DNA of 64,000 nucleotides from a bacterium (lineage in GTDB: Bacteria; SAR324; NAC60-12), in the NCBI GenBank assembly GCA_965209155.1, contig OZ242383.1, forward strand, positions 2,272,001 through 2,336,000, given 5' to 3'. The translations under genes and the position numbers were made by a program. Under the pieces are notes generated by a model. The model saw nothing but the letters and a program-made list of their open reading frames with translations. It had not been told where the DNA came from and did not search any database. Below are positions 52,377 to 63,435 of the stretch, in pieces (position 1 is the first letter of the stretch; each line of letters begins with the position of its first letter).

Positions 52377-52694
52377 TGGGTAAAATTGCACATTTAGGGT
52401 AAAATCCCCATAGGAAAATTCGTGGTACTTCCTTTCACACAAAAAGACGGGATTGCCCCTTGCTTGACCCAAAAATATCGAATAGGGCTTATTTGAGAGG
52501 GCTCTCCTCCCTAAAACTCCACTCATTTTGATTCAAATTTCAAACAACTGCAAACATTCGGTTTCGGTTTCCAGAATTTCGTGTCACAATGTTGGGCAAA
52601 AACGGGAGAGTAAAAATTCGCTCTCTCCCTGATGAACACAGGGTTTTGATCAAAATCCTATGGGGATTTTACCCTAAATGTGCAATTTTACCCA
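52377..52694. mobile_element. MITE-like 318-bp segment with 39-bp perfect inverted repeats
   Basis: TGGGTAAAATTGCACATTTAGGGTAAAATCCCCATAGGA at 52377-52415 and inverted at 52656-52694. Confidence 0.7.
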
Positions 52695-52814
52695 AGAAAG
52701 CGAGCTAAAAACTTTCCTGTAAACCTGTAAACCTGTATTTATATATTTACAAGCTGGTAGAGACCTGTTATAACTCTTGGAAACCGAGGATCAAATAAAA
52801 CCAAACAGGGATGT

Positions 52815-53093
52815 ATGGCGATAATTGTTTGTGTTGTAGCGCAAAAAGGCGGCGTTGGAAAAAGTGCCATTGCGAGGACACTTGCGACCATCTACGTTAA
52901 AGCCGATTGGGAAGCAAAAATAGCTGATTTGGATGTCTCACAGACCACTTGTACCGATTGGAACAACCGGCGCATTCGAAATAATATCTTACCAGAAATC
53001 GCAGTTCAACAATATCCTCGTGTTACTTCTGTCCTGAAAGATGCCCAACATCTTGACCTTATGATTCTGGACGCCCCCCCTCACTCTAGCCCC
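52815..53093 (+). pseudogene. ParA family ATPase truncated at an ISCR ori end
   Basis: QKGGVGKS, DLD.SQ, ILDAPP; then ATAGGAAAATCAAAAATTACA (ori reverse complement, 53094-53114). Confidence 0.8.
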
Positions 53094-53139
53094 ATAGGAA
53101 AATCAAAAATTACACGAGATTTCGCCTCATTTTGAATTG

Positions 53140-53337
53140 CCGAGGAAGAGGCCCAGCACTTGACGGAAAAATGTGCCCATCTCCGTACAAGCCAATGCCC
53201 TCTATCTGCACTTTGTAGAACACCTGCAACGCCAAGGCTTGACCGTCCAAACCGGACAATTCCAGGCGATGATGCAAGTCGAGTTGATCAATGACGGCCC
53301 GGTGACCTTCTTCTTAGAAAAAGAGGCCCTCTCTTAG
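53140..53337 (+). pseudogene. dtd: D-aminoacyl-tRNA deacylase C-terminal fragment
   Basis: Manual translation: [20 protein letters not shown]. Confidence 0.8.
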
Positions 53338-53431
53338 GTGAAACCTTCAATTGCCATATTACACACGTTGTGTCAGATTGTGTAGATTAAGACGAAAAAC
53401 AGTCATTCTCAAAAAAAAGAAAGGGGATCCG

Positions 53432-53725
53432 ATGAAAGGTCAAATCCGTCTCAGTGAGTCACTCATTAAAAAAGCGAAGATCTTTGCGGCAGCTGAAGGC
53501 CGTGAACCGAATCAGCAGATTGAGTATTGGGCCCACATTGGTCAATTGGTACTCAATTTTCCGGATACGCCTTATTCGGTATTGCAAGGCATGTTGCTTG
53601 GCATTTGCCTACGCACCACATTTTTAGCCTCTGACGCTTCCAGCTTTGTTACCGGGCATACCCTTGTTGCCGATGGCGGCTTACTTTCCGATGGTGGCTT
53701 AAATACGGTGGGTAAGCGCTTCTAA
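53432..53725 (+). pseudogene. ParD-like antitoxin N-terminus fused to an SDR C-terminal fragment
   Basis: IRLSESL...AK.....R....QIEYWA.IG, then FLASDASSFVTG..L.ADGG. Confidence 0.65.
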
Positions 53726-53822
53726 ATTCCATGGGCGTGAACGGAGTAGCCTTCCAGGCAAGCGATACTTCAGGTAATATTTTCAGCAGTAGGCTTTCAC
53801 TTTAAGAGAAAGGGAATACGAC

Positions 53823-54710
53823 ATGAATTCGAAACATAAACCGGTCGCCGTCGTGGTGGGAGCGACTTCCAAGTGGCAGGCAGATGGCCGGAATACCAAG
53901 TTGGCCCATGGCAGGGAGATCGACGATCGTGATCTACCGGTGGGTGTTCGCTGGGGTGTGGGTGGTGCGATAGCCCAAAAATTCGCCCAAGAAGGGTTCT
54001 TTGTGGTCCTGACAACTCGTCGCACCCCAAACGCAGCTCTGCTGGACCAGGCGATCCAAGAACAGGGCGGGGAAAGCATGATCGTCGAACTGGATTTGAC
54101 CTCGAGTGAATCGATCGCTAATGCCTTCGCCAAAATCCGGGAACAGGTTGGCGATCCGGAGGTTTTGGTCTACAACGCGGGCTATCTGGAGGGTCGTGAC
54201 CTTCCCCCTGAAAAAGAACTGCTGGAACACATCCCTCTTGAAATGTTTGAAACCGCGCAGCATATCTGCAGTCGTGGACCGTTCTTAGTGGCCAAAGAGG
54301 TCCTGCCTGCCATGCGAAAGCGAGGGAAAGGGTCCTTCTTGATTTCAAATAATATCGCCTCGTTCCGTGGGCGAAAGCGAAATACCGGGGAGTCGCTCTA
54401 TTATCCGAGGGTGATGATGCGAACTCTTGCTCAGGTGCTCACCGAGGAGTATTCCGAGTTTGGCGTTCACGTTGCCAACGTTGTCATCGATGGCACCATT
54501 GACTCTCCCGGAACGAGGGCTTTGACAACGCAACCAAACCCTGATCTCGTGTCACCCAAGCGCAGTGGGGGACCATACCCCCTGCGGAGCGACGCCCTGG
54601 TGAATCCTGTCAAGATAGCTGAAGCTTTTTACTATCTCCATACCCAAGATAAATCGACTTGGACTCACGAGCTTCAGCTGACCCCCTTCCTGATCAAACC
54701 AGGCTTTTAA
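53823..54710 (+). CDS. SDR family oxidoreductase
   Basis: GVGGAIA, YNAG, GVHVANVVIDG.I, Q..S.WTHEL. Confidence 0.88.
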   Translation: MNSKHKPVAVVVGATSKWQADGRNTKLAHGREIDDRDLPVGVRWGVGGAIAQKFAQEGFFVVLTTRRTPNAALLDQAIQEQGGESMIVELDLTSSESIANAFAKIREQVGDPEVLVYNAGYLEGRDLPPEKELLEHIPLEMFETAQHICSRGPFLVAKEVLPAMRKRGKGSFLISNNIASFRGRKRNTGESLYYPRVMMRTLAQVLTEEYSEFGVHVANVVIDGTIDSPGTRALTTQPNPDLVSPKRSGGPYPLRSDALVNPVKIAEAFYYLHTQDKSTWTHELQLTPFLIKPGF

Positions 54711-54866
54711 CCAATGAAGATGAGGACATGCGATGCAACAAGATAAGATTGAAAAAGTATCCGATGCGCTAGCCGCCGCATGGCGAGACGGCGGGCAGCG
54801 AGATCGTTATCCGCTACGGCGATGTGGGTGAAATCCAAGCAAAATTTGAATGAAAGGAGTCCCATT

Positions 54867-55063
54867 ATGTCCGATAATGCGCAATCCACTCGTATTCACG
54901 CATCCCGCACGGTAAACAGGCTGGAAAACAAAGTCGCGATCATCACCGGCGGAAGCAGCGGCATTGGCGAAGGCACTGCCCACGTATTTGCCCGGGAAGG
55001 GGCTAAGGTCATCCTCCTGGCGCGTCAGGAGCAGAAGGGCCGGGTGGTCGAAGCGGCGATCAC
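54867..55063 (+). pseudogene. SDR N-terminal fragment
   Basis: RLENKVAIITGGSSGIG, then unrelated sequence. Confidence 0.75.
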
Positions 55064-55143
55064 GATTCAAGAAAATCTCTACATTTTGATTCATGGCAAG
55101 AGGCATGGGATGTGTTTCAAAAGAAATGCCAGGAGAAACTAAG

Positions 55144-55578
55144 ATGTCACTAAAAATGCTTTTAATAAAGTTTCAATCCGTAAATGACACTTTCACGGAA
55201 ATTAACAATGCGATCACCAGTCGCACGGGTCTTGTTCAAGATAAGCATTCTCTGTTCTTTGACTCCATCAAAACCTTCAGGCAGTTTTTGACTCTCCAAA
55301 AGATAGAGATATTGACTGCAATTTCAAGGGTGAATCCTAGCTCTATTTATCAATTGGCCAAACAACTTGATAGACAACCTCACCATGTTTTAAAAGATTG
55401 TCGATCACTAGAGTCGCATGGTTTTATAAAGCTGACAAAGTCAGATGGAAAGAAAGGGCAATTGAGACCGGAGCTCGCATTTGATTATGACGTCATTCAC
55501 GTTCTAGGAAGTTCTGAGACTTTTCATCCTATCAGTGTAAAGTCTTGCCGTGTCTTAGATGAACTGGTAGCGATCTAA
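55144..55578 (+). CDS. Putative HTH DNA-binding protein (HVO_A0114-like)
   Basis: LT...IEIL.AI....P.SIYQLAK.L.R....V..D...LE..G. Confidence 0.65.
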   Translation: MSLKMLLIKFQSVNDTFTEINNAITSRTGLVQDKHSLFFDSIKTFRQFLTLQKIEILTAISRVNPSSIYQLAKQLDRQPHHVLKDCRSLESHGFIKLTKSDGKKGQLRPELAFDYDVIHVLGSSETFHPISVKSCRVLDELVAI

Positions 55579-55666
55579 ACTTTTCTGATTTGAAATGATC
55601 AGCAAAAGGGGGTCTGACTTTAATAGTTACGAAGGGATAAACAAATATTGATGATCGAAAACAGAA

Positions 55667-57106
55667 ATGAGCAGAGTATTGATGATTCAAGGGACCGGTT
55701 CGGGCGTTGGTAAAAGCATCCTCGTCGCGGGTTTCTGTCGTTTGTTGGCCAATCGCGGGAAAAAAGTAGCCCCTTTCAAGGGACAGAATATGTCCTTAAA
55801 CTCGGGCGTGACGCTCGATGGTTTGGAAATGGGAAGGGCTCAATTCCTTCAGGCTGAAGCAGCCCGTGTTCTTCCCGACGTTCACATGAACCCCATCCTG
55901 CTCAAACCCCAGGGTAATCATCGCTCTCAATTGATACGCCTTGGAAAGCCGGTGGGAAGTTTTCACGCGCGGGGATACTACGCACTGTTCAATGAAAATT
56001 TTAAAATCGTGCAAAATGCTTTTGATACGCTTGTCCAGGATTATGACTACATCATCATCGAAGGAGCAGGAAGCCCTGCTGAAATCAACTTACAAAAAAC
56101 CGATTTGACCAACATGAAAATCGCTGCCTACGCCCAAGCCTCAGTCTTCATTGTTGGTGATATTGATCGGGGAGGCGTTTTTGCGTGGCTCAAAGGAACT
56201 TATGATTTGATAGAGGACCGTTACAAGTCACTGATCAAAGGATTTATCATCAATAAATTCCGAGGCGATCTCTCCCTCCTCCAACCCGGCATCGATTTGT
56301 TCGCCCGGATGTTACCTGTTAAAATCGTTGGCACGGTGCCTTTCATGACGCTGGATCTGGATGAAGAAGATTCCCAGGGAATTGCTTCTCGACCACGAGA
56401 GAACGCCCGTTTCCAAATCGCAGTGGTGCGCTTTCCTTTTATGTCGAATTTCACCGATTTCGCGCCATTGCAGATTCTCGATGAAATTTCGCTGCATTTT
56501 TTAACAACTCCCGATAACCTCGATGAGGTGGACCTCATCATTCTTCCCGGCAGTAAAGACACGATTTCTGATCTCCTTTTTTTAAAGCAAAGTGGATTTT
56601 ACGAAAAACTACAACGACTTTTTGGCCACAAATTGATCATCGGCATTTGTGGTGGATTTCAAATGTTAGGACGCAGCATTGCGGACCCTGAAGGCATTGA
56701 AAGCGATATTCCACAATGTGAAGGTTTGGGATTCATTGATATGGAGACCCGTCTTGGAAAAGAAAAAATTCTTAAAAACCGGAATTATCATGGAAGAGGT
56801 TTTCTCAACGGGATCACCTGTTCCGCTTATGAGATCCACATGGGAACCTCGCAATTGCGTGATTCCCGAATTACGCAAGTTTTGGAAGAACCGAACACGT
56901 GTATTTTCCACGAGGAAAAAAAACTGTTGGGCACTTACCTTCATGGCTTTTTCGATCATCCCGGGATTGCCCAACGCGTCATCAATCTGGTAGATTCCGG
57001 TTTTGTGGTGCAACGAGACTATTTTGAAGAAAAGCAGCGACAATTGAATCAACTGGCCGAGTCCCTTGAAATCCATTGTGACCTGGAAAAAATCCTGCCA
57101 GAGTGA
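55667..57106 (+). CDS. cobQ: Cobyric acid synthase
   Basis: QGTGSGVGKS, PFK.QNMSLN, MNPILLKP, EGAGSPAEINL, GICGGFQMLG, GTYLHG. Confidence 0.95.
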   Translation: MSRVLMIQGTGSGVGKSILVAGFCRLLANRGKKVAPFKGQNMSLNSGVTLDGLEMGRAQFLQAEAARVLPDVHMNPILLKPQGNHRSQLIRLGKPVGSFHARGYYALFNENFKIVQNAFDTLVQDYDYIIIEGAGSPAEINLQKTDLTNMKIAAYAQASVFIVGDIDRGGVFAWLKGTYDLIEDRYKSLIKGFIINKFRGDLSLLQPGIDLFARMLPVKIVGTVPFMTLDLDEEDSQGIASRPRENARFQIAVVRFPFMSNFTDFAPLQILDEISLHFLTTPDNLDEVDLIILPGSKDTISDLLFLKQSGFYEKLQRLFGHKLIIGICGGFQMLGRSIADPEGIESDIPQCEGLGFIDMETRLGKEKILKNRNYHGRGFLNGITCSAYEIHMGTSQLRDSRITQVLEEPNTCIFHEEKKLLGTYLHGFFDHPGIAQRVINLVDSGFVVQRDYFEEKQRQLNQLAESLEIHCDLEKILPE

Positions 57107-57111
57107 ATCAG

Positions 57112-57678
57112 CTATTTGAAAACCGCGAGTTGTTGTAAAAAATCATCGATATTGGCAACGCCATGGCTTTGGCAGAAGGATTTCAGTTTCCCTTTCTGTT
57201 TCAAAAAAAACTCCTGTAACGAAGCTGCCTGTTCCGGATTGATGGTCTGGGCCTGTTGAATTTCGTACATAAAGGCGATGATGTCCAGGATTTTCAAATC
57301 CACTTCTAATTCTTCATTCTCTTCAATCTGAAGTCCTTCCAGAAAAGCCCGCTGCACCGTATCGAGCCGTTCGCGCAATCCTTCATTTTTTAATGCAGGA
57401 AGAATATCTCCGGTTGCCGACTCATGCAGGTCATGGGTCAAGGCCATCACGATCAGTTGATTGCGCCGGGTTTCTTCGTACTGCCGGAATCGAGCCCAGT
57501 AAAGCGCCAGAAAGGCGGTACAAAAACAGTGCTGTCCCACATTCCAGTTTCCAAAACCCGAAACCGTGAAAGCACGTGGAATCTTGAATAGATTCATCAC
57601 CACATCCAGGTTGGGATTCTTTTGAATTTCCGTCAAATACCCTTGTGGCGTCAGAATATCGATTACGTTCCGGTTCAT
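57112..57678 (-). CDS. HD-domain hydrolase (YfbR-like)
   Basis: VGQH, HDLHESATGDI. Confidence 0.75.
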   Translation of the reverse strand: MNRNVIDILTPQGYLTEIQKNPNLDVVMNLFKIPRAFTVSGFGNWNVGQHCFCTAFLALYWARFRQYEETRRNQLIVMALTHDLHESATGDILPALKNEGLRERLDTVQRAFLEGLQIEENEELEVDLKILDIIAFMYEIQQAQTINPEQAASLQEFFLKQKGKLKSFCQSHGVANIDDFLQQLAVFK

Positions 57679-57957
57679 TTTCCTCCTCCTGGCGATTGAC
57701 CTCTGGTACGACTACTATCAGGTCCAAAGGTTCACAGTACATATCGTATTAGTTCCACTTGTCAAGTGGACGTTGCTTTTGTATAAGCCTGATCGAGTAG
57801 CGTCAATGAGATTGTTTTATATCATCAAAATCGGTTGATCTTCATTAACCATTGAAAAGTTCAGGGCTCTCGGTTACACTTATATTGAAATACCAGCGAG
57901 TCGACGACATAAGACTCCACTATACCGTACCGTTCAAAGTCTCTGAGGACAATATTT

Positions 57958-58815
57958 ATGAAAGACGAGTTATTGCAACGTCACACCGTGACGCAGTGTT
58001 TCACATTGGGATTGCGGATTTATAGAATGAATCTCATCCCCATTGTCCTGCTGTCAATAGCGCTTCTCATCCCTTCTTTTGCAGCAGGTCTGATCCCATT
58101 CGAAATAGAGCACGTCGTTTTTTTTATCATAATCCGTCTGACCGAAGCAGCGATGGCCCTGGGAATCGTCTCTTTGATATTCCAACCCATTTTTCCGACA
58201 ACGGGCATACTTAAAAGTGGCACATCCCGTTTGGGTTTAGGAGCGATCCATATCGCTATTTTGCAGTTTATCATTATTCTGACAGGATCAATGTTTGCAG
58301 TTTTTCCTTTTCCCCTCAACATGATTCTCTTTGTTTTCCTGATGGTCAGCATCTTTGTTTTTGCCTTTTCCCAGATTATTTACATTATTGAAGGGGAACG
58401 AGGGTTCCGTGCCATGATGGCCAGTTTTCGATTGGTACGCAGCAACGCTTCAAAAACCGTCATCACTATCATCTTATTGGGTGCATTGAAGTTGGCCTTA
58501 TTCAGTCTGCTCTTCCTTACTTTTTTACCAGATTTCGAAATACAGCCTACCGAACAATTGGAAGACTTACAGCAATTGGTAGCGCTTTTACAGACTCCGG
58601 AAACCTTAGGAGCTCTGCGTTGGTCTCAATATCTGGGATACATCGTCCTCTATCCCTTTTCTGCCATTGTCCTGGTTTTGCTTTACATCGATCTGAAAAT
58701 AACGCATTCAACCCTGGAAGAAACGACTCTTTACAAAGCGGTATCGAACCTGCTCGTCGATCAAGTTCAGGAATCACCCGTGAACAAGGTGAAGAATCCC
58801 GGTGATCCCTCCTGA
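57958..58815 (+). CDS. Multi-pass membrane protein
   Basis: Several hydrophobic helices; A...SF.LVR, LLY.DL. Confidence 0.7.
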   Translation: MKDELLQRHTVTQCFTLGLRIYRMNLIPIVLLSIALLIPSFAAGLIPFEIEHVVFFIIIRLTEAAMALGIVSLIFQPIFPTTGILKSGTSRLGLGAIHIAILQFIIILTGSMFAVFPFPLNMILFVFLMVSIFVFAFSQIIYIIEGERGFRAMMASFRLVRSNASKTVITIILLGALKLALFSLLFLTFLPDFEIQPTEQLEDLQQLVALLQTPETLGALRWSQYLGYIVLYPFSAIVLVLLYIDLKITHSTLEETTLYKAVSNLLVDQVQESPVNKVKNPGDPS

Positions 58816-58875
58816 ATTTCAAATAAAATCGGTAACCGAGACAATTCATTCAGGGAAAAGTTGCGCATTTCAATC

Positions 58876-59454
58876 ATGAAAATCAACACAGCAAAATTCG
58901 TCATCAGCGCGGCATCGCGGCAACAATTTCCTCAAACCCGGTATGCTGAAATTGCCTTTGCCGGAAAATCGAACGTGGGCAAGTCCACTTTGATCAATGC
59001 GTTGCTGAACCGAAAGCAACTCGTGAAAACGAGTTCGGTTCCGGGAAAAACGCGCTTGATCAATTTCTTTCTCATCAACGATGAATTTACCCTGGTAGAT
59101 TTACCGGGTTACGGTTTTGCAAAAGTGCCACGCGCGGTACAACAACAATGGCAAGGGTTGGTAGAAAGTTATCTTTCACAACGCTCTTGTCTGAAAGGCG
59201 TCATCTTGATCATCGATATCCGGCATGGTCCCACTGCAGAGGATTTGCAATTGCAGCAGTGGTTGAGTCATTATCAAATTCCATTCCTGGTGGTCGCCAA
59301 TAAAGTGGATAAATTGAAAAAAAACCAAGTGACCAGATATCTTGAAAATATTCAAATCCCTATGGCATTGCCGGCATCACCGATCATGCATTCGTCATTG
59401 AAGAAGGTCGGTCGTCATCAAATCTGGCAAGCCCTTCTTCCTTGGTTGATCTGA
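58876..59454 (+). CDS. engB: Ribosome biogenesis GTPase EngB/YihA
   Basis: GKSNVGKS, PGKT, DLPGYG, NKVD. Confidence 0.95.
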   Translation: MKINTAKFVISAASRQQFPQTRYAEIAFAGKSNVGKSTLINALLNRKQLVKTSSVPGKTRLINFFLINDEFTLVDLPGYGFAKVPRAVQQQWQGLVESYLSQRSCLKGVILIIDIRHGPTAEDLQLQQWLSHYQIPFLVVANKVDKLKKNQVTRYLENIQIPMALPASPIMHSSLKKVGRHQIWQALLPWLI

Positions 59455-59489
59455 TAAATGGCTTTCACTAACCTCTTCTCTCGGAATTC

Positions 59490-61706
59490 GTGATGCTGTT
59501 GGACACAATCAAGAAATGGAATTTGAAACAGCAGTTTTCTCCGGAAATCGGTAGTCGTCTCTTTGGCATATTTGCGCTCGTCTTCTGTATTGTTTTCCTC
59601 ATTTATTTCGATTTGCAACATGGATTTACGAGTTGGGAAGCCATCAATTCCAAACTGAGCATTTTTGTAGCCATCAACGTCAATATCGTTTTGTTGGTAT
59701 TGGTTTTCTATCTGATTTTAAAAAACCTGCTCAAGCTCCTTTTCGAAGGCCACCGTCAAGTACTGGGAGTGACCCTCAAGACCAAGTTGATCATTGCGTT
59801 TATCCTCATTTCCTTTCCTGCCACCCTCTCTCACCTTTTCTCCACTCTTTTCACTTATTCCACATTAGAATCCTGGATGTCCCGCCAGCGGGAAGCCACG
59901 ATCCAGAACGCGCAAAGCGTTTCGCAAGCGTACTACCAGAACTTGCGTCAATTGCTGCAAACCCAGGGATGGAACGTGGCAAACGCTCTCCTTGCGGATC
60001 CCGAGATCCTCCAAACGCCAGAGCGCTTGAACGGTCTTATCGAGCAAGGAGATTCCGTTGGCGTCACCATATATTCCCAAACACGTGATCCCGTATTTCA
60101 ATCCTTGCGTACTCGACAAACCCGGGAAAATTGGAAACCCCCGACTGCAATGGAGTGGGAACAAATCCTCGATCATCCGCAGGTTACTCTTTCCGAAACT
60201 CTGGGAAACCAGTTGATGTACCGTCATTTGCGCAAAGCTGAACTTGCTCGAAATACTTACTTCATCGAAATCCTTTATGTTGATTCCAGTCTTATCACCG
60301 AGGCCTTGGATGACCTCGATGAGCAAAAAATCAATACCCAAATTCTGATGGAGTCCGAAGAATTGATCAAAAATTACTACATTATCAGTTTGTTTCTGAT
60401 GGTTTTTCTGATTGTCTTCGTGGCCACCTGGTTTGCTTTTTACCTGGCAAGAGGTTTTGTCCGTCCTATAGAACAACTGGCCGAAGCCACCCAGCGAGTT
60501 GCTCATGGAGAATTGGGCTATCAAGTGGTTGCCGCGAAGGGAAAACCCCTGGACAGTGATTTCGGCCAGTTGGTGCATTCTTTCAATTCCATGAGCCAAC
60601 AGCTTCTGGAAAACCAACTGGCTTTGCAAAGGACCACGGCACACCTGCAAAAAAGCCACCGGGACCTGGAAGAGCACAGCCGTTTCGTCGACCTGGTTCT
60701 GGAAAATGTGAAAACCGGGGTGGTCTCACTCGACATGGAAGGAAGAATCAACAGCCTCAATCGCGCAGCAAAAAGTATGCTGCAACTGAAAAAAATCAAC
60801 TATGAGGAACGACACTACCGTGAAGTTTTAGACAAGGAATCTTTGATGATGCTTGAGGAAATGTCCCGGGAGATGCAATCTAAAGCTAAAAAACCCGTCT
60901 CCCGGGAATTGACCATTATCAAGAATGATGCGCCCCTTCAGCTTTCAATCACGCTCCTGCCTCTCAAAAACCGTGAAAATCGGAGGGTGGGCATGATCTC
61001 CGTCTATGAAAACGTCACTGAAATTCAACGACTGCAACGCGCACGGGCATGGCGGGACGTAGCGCGGCGCATCGCGCATGAGATCAAAAATCCCCTCACG
61101 CCGATCCAACTTTCAGCCCAACGCATACGCCGAAAATTCCTTAAACAATTTCCAGAGGCCGACGTGTTGGATCAAGCCACCCGGACCATCATCCAGGAAG
61201 TGGAGTTGCTCAAAACAATGGTCAAAGAATTCTCCAGTTTCGCCCGACTCCCCGAATCCAATTTACAGCCCGGCAACTTGAACGCCACGATCGAAGAAGC
61301 TGTCCAACTTTATCGCAATGCAATTCCCGAGAAAATACAACTAGTTACCGATTTGGACCTCCTTTTGCCTCGTTTCTCTTTGGACCACGAACAAATGAAG
61401 CGAGTCTTTATCAACTTGATCGACAACGCGCTTGCAGCCATTACTGACGAAGGGGAAATCAAGATTTCCACACGTTTCAATCCCGAATACAATATCGTAG
61501 TAACGAACGTCGTCGATACAGGTTCCGGTGTTCCTGCTGAAATCCAACCTCGTTTGTTTGAACCCTACATCACCACCCAAAAGCACGGTACCGGTTTGGG
61601 ATTGAGTATTGCAGTTCAAATTGTGTCGGATCACAATGGCTTCATTCGTCATCAAAACGTAACCACGGGCGGTTCCTGTTTTTCTATTGAACTGCCGGTG
61701 GGTTGA
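59490..61706 (+). CDS. NtrY-like HAMP/PAS sensor histidine kinase
   Basis: AWRDVARRIAHEIKNPLTPIQLSA; N, G1, F, G2 boxes. Confidence 0.9.
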   Translation: MMLLDTIKKWNLKQQFSPEIGSRLFGIFALVFCIVFLIYFDLQHGFTSWEAINSKLSIFVAINVNIVLLVLVFYLILKNLLKLLFEGHRQVLGVTLKTKLIIAFILISFPATLSHLFSTLFTYSTLESWMSRQREATIQNAQSVSQAYYQNLRQLLQTQGWNVANALLADPEILQTPERLNGLIEQGDSVGVTIYSQTRDPVFQSLRTRQTRENWKPPTAMEWEQILDHPQVTLSETLGNQLMYRHLRKAELARNTYFIEILYVDSSLITEALDDLDEQKINTQILMESEELIKNYYIISLFLMVFLIVFVATWFAFYLARGFVRPIEQLAEATQRVAHGELGYQVVAAKGKPLDSDFGQLVHSFNSMSQQLLENQLALQRTTAHLQKSHRDLEEHSRFVDLVLENVKTGVVSLDMEGRINSLNRAAKSMLQLKKINYEERHYREVLDKESLMMLEEMSREMQSKAKKPVSRELTIIKNDAPLQLSITLLPLKNRENRRVGMISVYENVTEIQRLQRARAWRDVARRIAHEIKNPLTPIQLSAQRIRRKFLKQFPEADVLDQATRTIIQEVELLKTMVKEFSSFARLPESNLQPGNLNATIEEAVQLYRNAIPEKIQLVTDLDLLLPRFSLDHEQMKRVFINLIDNALAAITDEGEIKISTRFNPEYNIVVTNVVDTGSGVPAEIQPRLFEPYITTQKHGTGLGLSIAVQIVSDHNGFIRHQNVTTGGSCFSIELPVG

Positions 61707-61749
61707 AAAGCCTTGATTCACCAGATCAATGCTTTGAAACGCTTCCTTT

Positions 61750-63114
61750 TCAGCATTCTTTTCCTAAACTCAATATCTGGAAAAATTCCCCCAAAAGATA
61801 GAATGATCCGGACACGACGATGGGCTCCTCCTGCCATGCGTACAATCGTTCTAAGGTTTTTTCCACAGTGGTTTGTAATTCTATGGGTGGGAAACGGGGA
61901 GATTCTTCCAACACGGAGGCCAGAAAGTCGCTCAATTCCTCAGGAGACGCTGCACGAGGAGAGCGGGCTTGAGTGACAAAAATCCGGGATGCCTGTCCGC
62001 ATAACCGGCTCAATGGTACTTTCAAAGGATCAATCAGCTTGTCCCTGGCGAATCCCAACACCAGCACGTAGTTTTCAATCTGCCAGACCTTCAATTGATC
62101 TGCCAGCGCCTGCAAGGCTATCGCGTTGTGTCCGCCATCGAAAACAATTCTGGAAAAGCATGAATTTTCGCGCTGCCCCTTCACGTTCTCGAAGTATTCC
62201 AGTCGTCCCGGCAGTTTGATACTGGCCGCAGCGCGAACCCATCCGCGTCGTTCTTCTTCAGGTGCCGCGGGGAAAAGGGTTTGCACTGCCATCATAACGG
62301 TCCTCAGACATTCCAGGTAGGGTAAAGTTTTTTGTTGAAGTCGTAGATTACAACAAACGCTCACCTGGTCCGGCCATTGGAATCGATAGCTGCCATTCTC
62401 CTTTCTTTCAATCGACATCGTTCCCGCGTCGATCGGGGAGCTTCCCCCTTTTTCCACTTCCTGGATCAACCAGGCTTCGAGTTCCTCCTGTTGGACTGCC
62501 AGGACTGTAGGAACGCCTCGTCGGATGATTCCCAGCTTTTCTTTTGCAATCGCTTGCAACGTCCGTCCCAGAACGTTGATATGATCAAATCCTATGGGGG
62601 TCAGGATTGACAGTTCTTTTTCAGTTACGTTGGTTGAATCCGCTTTTCCGCCCAATCCGGCTTCCAGAACAACCCATTCTACACCCGATTCTTGAAAAGC
62701 GAGAAATGCGATTGCAGTCAAAATGTCGAAGTATGATAAATAGATTTGCGCATTGAATGCTTCGACCTGCGCAAATACTCGACGTGCGCATGTTACAAAG
62801 AGTTTTTTAGAAATCCAGTGTCCATTCAACGCGATCCGTTCGCGAATATCCACAACATGGGGCGAACTGTAACAACCGTATCGCCATCCTTCCTCTTGAA
62901 GAACGGCAGCCAGCATCGCCCCGGTCAACCCTTTCCCCGTGCTTCCGGCAATATGGATGATTCTGAAGGCTTTATGTGGTTCTCCCAATTCAGTCAATAA
63001 TCGCAGAATACCACTGAGCTTGCTGATATCACGCGGAGTGGCAGAGATTTCATAACTGCCACATTTTTCCAGATTCCGCAAAATTCCCCGGTATTCCCTC
63101 TCTTGATCAATCAT
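61750..63114 (-). CDS. folC: Folylpolyglutamate synthase/dihydrofolate synthase
   Basis: IHIAGS.GKG, SPH....ERI, EAGLGG..DSTNV, PGRLE, DGGHN. Confidence 0.9.
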   Translation of the reverse strand: MIDQEREYRGILRNLEKCGSYEISATPRDISKLSGILRLLTELGEPHKAFRIIHIAGSTGKGLTGAMLAAVLQEEGWRYGCYSSPHVVDIRERIALNGHWISKKLFVTCARRVFAQVEAFNAQIYLSYFDILTAIAFLAFQESGVEWVVLEAGLGGKADSTNVTEKELSILTPIGFDHINVLGRTLQAIAKEKLGIIRRGVPTVLAVQQEELEAWLIQEVEKGGSSPIDAGTMSIERKENGSYRFQWPDQVSVCCNLRLQQKTLPYLECLRTVMMAVQTLFPAAPEEERRGWVRAAASIKLPGRLEYFENVKGQRENSCFSRIVFDGGHNAIALQALADQLKVWQIENYVLVLGFARDKLIDPLKVPLSRLCGQASRIFVTQARSPRAASPEELSDFLASVLEESPRFPPIELQTTVEKTLERLYAWQEEPIVVSGSFYLLGEFFQILSLGKEC

Positions 63115-63435
63115 TTTCCTGATGCCTTAGATTTTATTTTGATATTTGCGCACTGCTACCGGTCGTTGGCGATATCCTGTGAATTCCGTTGCTATTTGTC
63201 TTGGCTGTTATTGAATTCGATATTGCGACAGCAGATAGTTATTTTTCAGGTACGACGATTTTTCTATCGATTTAAAAATAGAAGCAACAGCGGAAGGTGA
63301 CAAACTTGAAGTACTGTAAAAAAGAGACCGGGTCGGAGAAGTGGATGGTCGTCGAGTCTCCGGTAGTATTCACGGAAAAACGGCGCAATCTCGAGAAAAT
63401 CGAATCGTTGCTCCTGCGAACCGATTTATGGATTG

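Noticed and set aside
9492..55630. GTAACTATT ... AATAGTTAC as ends of a 46-kb composite transposon
   Set aside because: Only 9 bp match and no TSD; more likely independent IS66-type end relics
55580..55666. Cobalamin riboswitch before cobQ
   Set aside because: Region too short and no recognisable B12-box
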